64,000 bases of DNA from Catajapyx aquilonaris (Eukaryota). Positions 12,235-22,880 of this stretch are shown here, one piece after another. The notes below the pieces were generated by a model, which was given only the letters and a program-made list of their open reading frames with translations, was not told where the DNA came from and searched no databases. The stretch is taken from assembly GCA_000934665.2 (NCBI GenBank), contig KZ538297.1:1-64000 (forward strand), in the 5' to 3' direction. Position numbers and translations under genes: made by a program. The first letter of the stretch is position 1. Each line of letters starts with the position of its first letter.

Positions 12235-13320
12235 TCTTTATATCTATAAATAAGGAAGCTTCATTGTTAGTTTGGATGTTTGTCCCTTATAGAAATCCAG
12301 GGGAAGGCCCCTACACCGCCTTAAATTAGCATATCGGGGGTTACTTTTTCCAAGGAATCTATAACGCCGCATGTTTCAGCTTCCGAAAATGAACCTAACT
12401 CCCACAACACGCATATTCCTGCCTCAACAATTAGCTTACAATAATAACAATAAATCAATTTGCATTCCCATGGACATGCCTATATTTTTTTTAGCTATTT
12501 ACCTCCCTGCATCGTACCGCAGGGAGGGAACCTTTATTTCGTCTTGATGGAACCTTTTTGACGTAGCGCCCGGGCCCACGGGCAGGGTGACTGGGAGGGG
12601 ATGTGCAAGGCGCATGTGCAATTCTCAAACGGTATATTTTGTGAACTCCCCCGGGTGGATTAGTCTGAGGAGATTCCACCCGAAACGAAGCCAGAGAGTA
12701 CCCAACTCTGCACGGGATGAAGGAGGGAACCTCGGGCTGGGATCGAACCCGGAACCTTAACATCCGTGGGAGCATACGTTTCCGCAGCGCCACTTTTGTC
12801 TCCCCTAGGAAATGCCCTTATGCCACAATATACTTAGCAAATTAAACCATCTCCGTAAATTCAGCGCATCCACCAATTACGCTAATTGGCCACCTCACGT
12901 GACTTCGTATCTTATGGTAATTCCGGGATTTTGTGGGATTTTAAAGTAGACTTCCTGACAAAGTAAATACAATTAAATAATACAGCATTTGCAAAATATT
13001 ACTCCGTGTTGGAAACAAAATTTCCCATCATACATCTGTACGTACATTTCTAAAGTTCTTCAGAGCAAACATATGGAACGAGGTGGGGGTGTGAAGTGGG
13101 GTTGAGGGGTCAAGGGGTCAAAAATGCAGGGGAAAAAACACATGGCTGTGCAGTCTTTTCCTGGGCCAACTCCATCCGCATTCCTCCTTTTACACATCCA
13201 ATCAGAATATCCGTGTCGACTGTACGCTATAAGACAAGCAGGTATAATCTATCACAGATATGTACCCCTGTCTTTACCAGCACCCCCAACATACCCGGGC
13301 AACGCCGGGTAACCTGCTAG
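12235..13320 (+). mobile_element. non-autonomous Helitron
   Basis: 5' TCTTTATATCTATAAA; 3' hairpin CCCGGGCAACGCCGGG followed by CTAG; inserted between host A and T; internal tRNA-SINE-like fragment at ~12735-12793. Confidence 0.75.
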
Positions 13321-15537
13321 TCCTTATTATTTTGGTGTAGTAGTGAGAGCCTGCTGGAAAGTTAGCACTGTTCTTGCCGCCCGGTTGTTTAATTATTTAG
13401 TAGGGGATTTTGCTCTAATTGTAGACGCTGTCACTTTTTTAAAAAAGAGAGAAATTTATTGATATTTCATCTTTTTTTCCCCCGCCTTAATATTATTGTT
13501 TCCATGTCATATATTGTGAGTTGCTCATCACCAAAGAGCAGTAGCCTACAAGACAGAATCCGCCTCAATATTGTCCTGAGGGCACGCCGCATTTTTTTAA
13601 ATAATAGGCTTCACCTTTTGGCATTTGACATTTTTTGAAAGCAACGCGGAAGCTCCTAATGAGAGAACCGAGCCCGTTTGGCTTTTCAAAATGAGACTTG
13701 TACGCCGCAAAGTATTTATCCTATAAATTGGCATACACAATTCGCAAGAGGATGGGTGGGTTAAGCCGCTTATCATTATTATTGTTATTGATACACTTCC
13801 TGGATTTTTCAAAAAAATGTTATTCTTGAAATTAGGAAGCTTGTTAATGAAAAAATAATAATAATTTACGAATCCGTTTCATTCATTCTAGGGTGAACGC
13901 CTGGTCATTTTTTATGCAGAGGTCATTTGGTAGGTATATCCGAATCGAGGTAATGCAATTAGCATCGAGTGAGGTCACGGGCCGCATTGTTTCCAAAAGT
14001 TGGGCCCGAAAAGTTTGTTTCCCCGAAGGAAACACCGCATCCACCCGGATGTAGATATTATGAATCAAAAATCATTTTCAATTTACTATTTCAGTTTTGC
14101 CATGAATTTATGAACGGCTCCATTCCGAAAGTGGAGTTGTTTTATAATTGCGATTTTGCATCTCCAATAATTAGGGCACTAACCTCACTTTACAAACAAA
14201 GTTTTCTCTGATGTCACTACTTGTTTTATACTGCATAAGTTTATGACCATCTGAACAGGGAAAACCGAAGGGGTTTCACTTTCAGTAGACGGAAACTTCT
14301 CAATGGGAGCAAATTACGCGTGATTATTTCCTGTAATTAGCCACTTTTTATACAGCTGGTTCTCATAATATTGAGTACAGGTACCTTGACCTCAATGTTT
14401 ATTTCATATGCTGCAGACTATTGTTAAGAATGTGTAATTACAACTTATAAATTTCATCCTCATCGCGCACTGTCTATAATATGTATATCCTTGAAATGTG
14501 TCACCTTCGTTCCCAATCACTCTTCATGACATGTGACCTGTCCACTTTGTCCACTTTGTCGAGGTCAACAAAAGGCCTTGCCCATTTTGTCCTCCACCTC
14601 CGCCTGCCCATTATATCCACAACATTTTCGGTAATAATTCCTGGAACCACCAGTATAGGACAATAGGAGGAACCTTATATACGAAGCGGAAAGAGCTAAG
14701 TAAAAGCCAGAAAGAAAATGTATTTCCAGGAGATAACGAGACTACCTTTTGTTTGTGAAGCATTACCTATAAAGCCGGCCTCTCTTTTTCCATCAACACT
14801 CTATAAAAGGTGTCAATGATGCCGAATTAATGGGCTGCCCGAGGAAACGTAAGTAAGGGCGCCATTGTGAGCAGGTGAGAACCTCCTCATTGTTCTTGGG
14901 GGTATCTTGGACCCCCGTCTCCTGGACACAAACAAGAGCAAGTGTAGGCAGAACAATGCGACAAAAAGACCCGGTCCATTTCGCTGGGTATTTCCGGACT
15001 GACCCCAACCAACCAGGTCATGTGTGTGGGTGTGATCAAGTCTTTTTAGAAAAGGTTTTACCCATCACATATTGTATAGGCCAAATAATAATAATAATAA
15101 TAACTCGTGGTCACAATGTTTAAGACAAAATTCCCTAACTGTGTGGCCATAATGACATGTGCGTTTGTGACTTTAATGCCAAAGGTCAATATAGTAATTG
15201 TTTTGGTCACGTGTTTTTATGTGGTTATTAGAAGGGGCATCTAACATGACTCTTGCCCCGGGCCCCAGAGAAGCTCTGCAGGGGCCTGGGAGGAGGGATG
15301 GAAGATGGAGGATGCTGGGAAGGATGAAAAATGGTGGGAGGGAAAAAAGCAAAAAAGGTTCTGAATATATAGTATCGACGTGGTTCTACACCAGGTGTTG
15401 ACAAGGAAGCGCACGCATATTCTGTCTATATTTCTCAAAAACTATACAAGTCGAAACCTTGAAGACTGACCACTACAACTGCTTGCGAGCAGAGGATGAC
15501 ATATTTACCACACTTGGTCCAGCAAGCAGCCTGCATC

Positions 15538-16850
15538 ATGAAGGTTAGTTGCTGTGTACTGTGCTATACATTACAACATTACAAGTTGAGTCCATCAGGG
15601 TTGATTCGCTTTAAAATACGGGTTGCCATGCTAAGTAATCCGCACCATTTTCTTTCCTATAACGGGCTCTTGGCCTGCGGACTTGTAAGTTGATTCATCA
15701 TAAGTGTAAATGCAATGGCGCAATTATGAAATTATTGGAAACGCACAGTTTATACATGAATTTAACTGTGGAGTTAAAACAGTTGGAAAACGCAGGGTGC
15801 TGCATTGTTCAAGTTCAGTAATGCTCACAACAATAAGGGATGGTTCACTTCGAACTTCTTGCTGGGGTGAACGATTCGTGGTTTGAACTGTATAGGGGAC
15901 TTGAGAGGTGGAATTGGCCTGTTTTGTTAAAGTGAGTGTGAATTGTGCCCAGTTGGCGATCCTGATTGTGATGCTGTTCGTCGGGTCAGGGCTGACCTTG
16001 CGCGAGGTCGGGGTCAACCCGCGTAATGCCCACCTGCTGCTGCGTGCCCTGGGCATGCCCTGGGGCATCAGGGCCATACACACCCAGCAGGGTTATCTGG
16101 CTGACCGCTCTGTCCTCACGACGCGAGTGACTGAGGTCAAAAGTGCCCTCTGGCCCACTGACAATAAAGGTATGTTCAGACGTCACCGACGCGACGTCGC
16201 AGTCACACTATAGAGTTGTATCCAGCAGGCGACGGCGCCGACATCAGGACCTGGAACATCACGACTGGAGTCCGTTACAAGCGTGACTGCCAACCTCCGT
16301 CGACCGCCCTGCGTGAGGTCATGGGGTCGGAGTTCAAGAGGTCACTGATGGCAGAAGACCACCAGGAGTTGAAGCAGCGTCTCATGGAGCAGCAGCTGCT
16401 TGACGTGCGTCGAAGGCGTCGAACCAAGCGGTAAGTCTCCCCACTCGCCCTTTTCCATCTCAACCTGACCTATTGACCTCAGGACAGCTGATGCCGAGAT
16501 GTCTCCCTGGACCTGCGAGATGCGGGAGTTCTGGCGGGAGATGGACCCGTCATTCTGGCCTCTTTGGATCCGTGACGTCGAGTGCACCTCCACCAGCTGC
16601 TTGGATGGTATCTACCACTGCAGGCCTCACAATTACACCGTCAAGGTACATGATCGTTGTTGTGGTATGTCCAGAACTGTCCCAAATTATTCTCTTTGGG
16701 CATGACTGGCAGGTGCTGACGCGGCAGGCGGCCGACGAGGTGTCCACCTGCGAGGACCAGAACGTGATGTCCCTTCCAGATTCGCTGCGGAAGGAATGGA
16801 AGTTCCACAGTGTGAACGTGACCGTCTGGTGTGACTGCGTCTTGAGTTGA
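15538..16850 (+). CDS. trk-like: Trunk/PTTH-family secreted cystine-knot precursor, copy 1 (divergent). Exons 15538-15543, 15953-16169, 16226(or 16229)-16430, 16483-16645, 16713-16850
   Basis: Signal peptide MKLAILIVMLFVGSG; furin sites RYKR and RRRRRTKR; mature domain SPWTC...WIRDVECTSTSC....YHCRP..YTVKVL...C...WKF..VNVTVWCDC follows the Trunk cysteine pattern; introns in frame. Confidence 0.82.
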
Positions 16851-18961
16851 AGACGCCATCACCTTGGTGCTGGTCAACTCTGTGTTTTATTTGTTTGTAG
16901 GGTTTCAAAACCCTATGATTGTCATTAGATGTTCCACGCACAATTAACCTGGACATCATATCCAGGATGGTGGAACCCAAGAAGAAGCCATATCAAGACA
17001 GTAGAAAATATAGACACACTGTACCGCACTCCAGTACCGGTACAAGCATTTTGTATTGGTACAAGCTGCAGCACGCACACTTAATAAAAACTGACCATTG
17101 GCATCCAACACCGATTGGATTTTGATATTATAAGTATAGTTACCACAGTCAAATGGGACCGGAAGCGTCTTCCTGTTGGCATCTTGCTGCAAGCCTCCAG
17201 TACCTACAACGACATACAAAATGTACGTACATAAACTTAAGGGGGGATTTTATTTCCATGTAGCCTACAGAGTTCTGGCCACTTCACGAATACAAGATGG
17301 GTCATAAATACAATTATGGCAAAATAATTGGGATGGGGAGGTCAAAGTACTTTTCCAGCCATTCCAGAACCTGTCCCATTCTTTTTAAAGACGATTTAAA
17401 AAAATATAACGTCCAACTATACACGGAGTCATCCACTGTTCAGTACTGACAGTGTACTAATTAGCAATCGGCTAAAACAAAATTAACAGCCACAAATACT
17501 GCTATTTAGCACTCAGGCCACATTTTAGTAGCAAATGATACTTTGAAAGCAGATGGACACAGCGGATTTTTAAATAATAAATCATAATTACTAATTATTA
17601 TTTGCCTCTGCGCACTACTAAAAATGTAGTACTTCTTTCTCATGTAACGGAAACTTTTAAGTACTAAAATCGGCTGCTAATTAGCTGCTAAAATCGTTCT
17701 CATTATGTAGCTCATTTTCGCTCATATCAGCAGATCAGCTAGCAGCCGCTAAATGTTTTTAGCGGCTACATCCGCAACTTCTATAGATTGATTTTTTTTA
17801 ACGAACGCAACCGAGTGCGCATCCACACTCGCGCACGTCCATTGTTCCAAAGTTACGCTTCTTAGGTTAGCTCCAGAGCCTTTGGCAACAAAAGTTTTGG
17901 AAACAATTTGCCCTAACTCTGTTGCGCACTCGGTTGAGCTCGTGTAAAAAAAAAAATCATCACGCATATTTTTACACGTGATAACATGGGATCACGCATA
18001 TTCTCATGCGTGATTAGGCTTTTACTATTTGGCAACACTGCTTGCCCCCCCACACACACTTGAGCGTAGTACGATAGACCACTGCCAGTTGGCGCATAGG
18101 CTGTCCCTCTCTGCACACTACTGCCGTGCTGAGGGGGAAAGTCGTACTACTGCATGCACGTTGGTGATGAGTCTCCGCGCGTACAAAGCCCACCAGGGTG
18201 CTCTCGCCCCCCCCATTGAAGTGGCTCCCACACTCTCTGACCACTATGTCCGCTAATTATTGAGCGGGTAAAGTTTTTTAACAAATTGTAACTATATACT
18301 AATTAATACCTATAGGCGATGGGTCAAACCGGACGAACTTGTGGACAGAGAGAATAAGCGGATTAGGTGTATAGATACTGCATTATGAAACACGTTGTTT
18401 AGACGTGCTTTTGCTTTTGAGAACCGACTAAGACATCACTGAGTTGCTTTTTTCCCCCCCCAACTTGTCGTCATTCAGAGATGTTTTTCTTCGGGTACAT
18501 ATGAAGATCTAAAATGTGTCGTATCCGTCTTCTCTGCTGGTTTTTCGGGGGCAACACAAAAGGAAAACGTCTCCAACGGCAACCATTGGACCAGGTTGAT
18601 TGCACTGGGAAGAAACCCAATCCAGACGTTGGAGCATATTCATTCGTCGCTTTTGATGACCGGATGATTTCCTCATTTGTGACAACACTGTGGTCCATTG
18701 GATGGTGGGAGAGGAGGAGAGATGGAAGGATGATGGGGGGGGGGGGGGGGGGGNAGATGGGGGAGGGGAAAAAGGTTCTGAATAGAATCGACGTGGTTCT
18801 ACGCACGTAGGTGTTGACAAGCAAGCGCACGCACATTTTTTTTCAATATTTCTCAGAAACTATATAAGTCGGAACCTGGAAGACTGACCACCACTGCTTG
18901 CGAGGCGACTCTCCAGAGGACTGATGACGTCTTAGCCACACTCGGTCCAGCAAGCAGCATC

Positions 18962-20291
18962 ATGAAGGCAAGTAGTTGATGTGTACTGTACTACAAGTAT
19001 ACATTTATACAACATTACAAGTTGAGTCCATCAGGGTTGATTCGTCTCAATACAGGTTGCCATGCTAAGTAATCCGCACCATTTTCTTTCCTATATAACC
19101 AGCTCTTGGCCTGCGGACTTGTAAGTTGATCATCATAAGTGTAAATGCAATTAATTGGTGCAATTATGAATTTATTGGAAACGCACAGTTTATACATGAA
19201 TTTAACTGTGGAGTTAAAACAGTTGGCAAACGCAGGGTGCTGCATTGTTCAAGTTCAATAATGCTCACAATATATAAGGGATGGTTCACTTCGAACTTCT
19301 TGCCGGGGTGAACGATTCGTGGCTTGAACTGTATAGGGGACTTGAGAGGTGGAATTGGCCTGTTTTGTTAAAGTGAGTGTGAATTGTGCCCAGTTGGCGA
19401 TCCTGATTGCGGTGCTGTTCGTCGGGTCAGCGGTGACCTTGCGCGAGGTCGGGGTCAACCCGCGTAATGCCCACCCCCTGCTGCTGCGTGCCCCGGGCAT
19501 GCCCTGGGGCCTCAGGTCCATGCACAACCCTCAGCCCAACCATCTGCTGGGTGACCGCTCTGTCATCACAGCGCCAGTGACTGAGGTCAAAAGTGCCCTC
19601 TGGACGGACACTGACAAAGGTATGTTCAGACGTCGCCGACGTCGCAGTCACACTACAGAGTTGTGACCAGCAGGCGACGGCGACGACAGGACCTGGAACG
19701 CGACTGGAGTCCGTTACAAGCGTGACTGCCAGCCTCCGTCGACCGCCCTGCGTGAGGTCATGGGGTCGGAGTTCAAGAGGTCACTGATGGCAGAAGATCA
19801 CGATGAGTTGAAGCAGCGTCTCATGGAGCAGCAGCTGCTTGACGTGCGTCGAAGGCGTCGAACCAAGCGGTAAGTTTCCCCATAACTCGACCTTTTTCTC
19901 CCCATCTCAACCTGACCTATTGACCTCAGGACCGCTGATGCCGAGGTGTCTCCCTGGACCTGCTCGATGCGGTACCACTGGCTGGACATGGGCGCGTCCT
20001 TCTCGCCTCGCTTCATCCGTACGGCCGAGTGCACCTCCACCAGCTGCTGGCATGGTATCTACCACTGCAGGCCTCGCGACTACACCATCAAGGTACCGTT
20101 TGTGTGTGGTATGTCCATAACTGTCCGAAATCATTTTCTTTGGGCATGACTGGCAGGTGCTGAAGCGCCAGGCGTCCGACGAGGTGTCCACCTGCGAGGA
20201 CCAGGACGTTGTGTCTCTTCCAGAGTCGCTGCGGCAACAATGGAAGTTCCACAAGGTGACCGTGACCCTCTGCTGCGACTGCGTGCGCTGA
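18962..20291 (+). CDS. trk-like: Trunk/PTTH-family secreted cystine-knot precursor, copy 2 (conserved). Exons 18962-18967, 19394-19619, 19671(or 19674)-19869, 19930-20092, 20157-20291
   Basis: PWTCSMRYHWLDMGASFSPRFIRTAECTSTSCWHGIYHCRPRDYTIKVLKR...WKFHKVTVTLCCDC matches the recalled Trunk motif (PW.C...W.D.G..FPR.IR..EC...CW....C.P...TIKVL.R...CC.C). First intron would be GC-AG. Confidence 0.88.
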
Positions 20292-21641
20292 GAACGCCGC
20301 CATCTGGTCAATTTTGTGTTTGTTTGTTTGAAGGGTTTCAAAACCCTATGATTGTCGTTAGATGTTCCACGCACAATTAACCTGGACATGTCCAGGATGG
20401 TGCCACCCGAGAAGAGGCCATATCAAGACAGTAGAAAATAGAGACACACACTCCAGTACAAGCATTTTGTATTGGTACAAGCTGCACCACGCACACTAAA
20501 TAAAAACTGACCATTGGCATCCAGCAACAACCTATTGGACTTTGATATTATAAGTATAGTTACCACAGTCAAATGGGACCGGAGCGTCTTTCCTGTTGGC
20601 ATCTTGCTGCAATTAGCCTCCAGTACCTACAACGACATACAAAATGTACGTACATAAACTTAAGGGGGGATTTTATTTCCATGTAGCCTACAGAGTTCTG
20701 GCCACTTTCACGAATACAAGATGGGGTGATAAATACAATTATGGCAAAATAATTGGGATGGGGAGGTCAAAGTTCACGCCCTTTCCAAGGGGACACACGT
20801 CGGGTGCAAGGAATGTTGCGAAACCATCTCTCTTGTTTTGCGCTTTTTATCATGTTCATTTCTGGAATTGGCGTGGTCATACAATTATGTATACTGGGAG
20901 AGAGAAAGAGAGAAAACTGTACATAAGTACTGTACAACGCATGGGAATAAACCAACACTGATTAAAATCACTGCCCCCGCCAAAAATAATTCAGAGTGAC
21001 CAACGTGTCCACTACAATCGGAGACAAAATGGGCAATCTCATTGTTGGACCAGTCGCACCAACCGATGTCAATTGAACGTCAAAATTGTGCTTGCCTATA
21101 TCGATCAATAATTAATAGATGAAATATTTGATTGACATTGTCACAGCAGCTGATAAATTCGGATGCCAATACTTTACGTCTCCGATAGTACCCCCCAAAC
21201 CTTCTCAGCACTTTTCCAGCCATTCCAGAACCTGTCCCATTCTTTTTAAAGACGATTTAAAAATAAAATAAAACGTCCAACTATACACGGAGTCGTCCAC
21301 TGTTCAGTACTGACAGGCGTACTAATTAGCAATCAGCTAAAAACAATTAACAGCCACAAATACTGCTATTTAGCCACATTTAGCAGCTAATTATAATTTT
21401 AAGCAGACGCATTCAGTCGAATTTAAAAAAAAATAATCTGCGCAGTGGAAATTACTTAAATGTACCTCTTTCTCATGTTAAGTACGAAAATCGGCTGCTA
21501 ATTAGCTGCTTTAAAAAAAACGTTCTCATTATGTAGCTCATTTCCGCTCATCATACCAAATATCAGCAGATTAGCTGTTAATTTTAGCAGCGCTATGCAG
21601 CCGCTAAATGTTTTTAACGGCTACATCCGGCAACTGCTATA

Positions 21642-21848
21642 CAGGGTGGTCCAAGTTCAAGTGTCGTTTTATAACGGCGATTAATAGCAGTGATTTTGCG
21701 ATGACGTAGCAGCGACGCGTAAAATGTTCCATTTCGGCGCATCTTCGGCGCAATCGAAGTGGGCAATTTTACACGTCGCTGCTACGTCATCGTTAAGCGC
21801 TTCTATTAATCGCCGTTATAAAACGACACTTGAACTTGGACCACCCTG
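21642..21848. mobile_element. Tc1/mariner-type palindromic MITE
   Basis: ~46-bp perfect TIR CAGGGTGGTCCAAGTTCAAGTGTCGTTTTATAACGGCGATTAATAG; TA target duplication; absent from the paralogous site at ~17783. Confidence 0.92.
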
Positions 21849-22208
21849 TATAGGTGGATTTTATTTTAACGAACGCAACCGAGTGCGCATCTACACTCGC
21901 GCAAGTCCATTGTTGACGCCCCTCTAATGTTCGTTCCAGAGCCTTTGGCAACATCGCAAAAGTGTTTGCGCGAACTATGTTGCGCACTCGGTTGAGCTCA
22001 TTTAATTAATTTATCCATATAATTTAGAGCATCTTTCCGCATCACTTGTCCCCATTGGACTCGCTGGACAGCTCTTCCGGTCATTGTCACAACAATCAGA
22101 TCTTCTTTTTTTTTTTCGAGGGTTATTTTTTTTTAGGTACACATTCCTTAAAATATAATAATCTCTCTTCTGTGCAGCGCATCATACTGGGGTATGTACA
22201 TGTTGTTG

Positions 22209-22880
22209 TCAGGCATGGTCCGAGTTCCGGTTGGGTCTCTTCCTCTTCTTCTTGGTAGGTTCCAGCTGGCAGGAACATCCGCTTCTGACCTGGATGTAGT
22301 CCAGCCTCCAGGGCGAAGATGAGGTCGAAGAAGAGAAAGGGTCGCGCACCAGGGCGTACGTGTACGAGTACTGCTGGACACACCTGGAGAACCTGGACAG
22401 CCTCCTCTCCAGGAACCTGCAGGGCTGCTCGGCCACCCCTGACCTGCAGGACACCTCGTAGAATCTCTGCTGGACCGCCGAGTCTCTGAACAGCTCCAGG
22501 AGAAGACCATCCCGGTTGCGTCCGGACAAAGGTTCCACCATCTCCACCACGGATGGACAGCACTCCAGGGCACCTCCTCCAGACACAGACTCCTCCTCCT
22601 GCTGGAGCATCTCCAGGACCTCCCTGCGACGACCCCTGGACGTCGACGACCTCTTGCTCTGCTGGTGATCCTCCAACATCTCCCAGCTGCTTCCACCCTC
22701 GCGGCTCCTGCAATATAAAAACAGAGAGTTTGTCTGTTTGTCCCCGGGGCTACCTAACCCACTTCCGGGCTACACTGACCTGTTGCTCCTGTCCAGGTGA
22801 TGCAGTCTTCTTGCCCTCGCCCTGGCGCCCCTTCCGTAATTAGACGCAACAGTGCAGATGCAGCTGGCCAGGGACACCAC
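22209..22880 (-). CDS. Neurotrophin/Spaetzle-type cystine-knot precursor; exons 22880-22780 and 22707-22209, 5' exon not identified
   Basis: CCPS..EMVEP...RNRDG...ELF.....QRFYEVSC.......PC.F.......SRCVQQYSYTYALV......W.LDYI.VRSGCSC fits NGF/Spaetzle knot spacing; polybasic RARARARR and RGRRR upstream; splice phases compatible. Confidence 0.82.

Larger units (their letters stand above)
15290..21999. repeat. tandem segmental duplication: unit 1 ~15290-17942, unit 2 ~18715-21999, each with a Trunk-like gene
   Basis: Collinear near-identical promoter, intron, exon and 3' sequence. Unit 2 has extra sequence at ~20773-21208 and 21642-21848. Confidence 0.92.
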
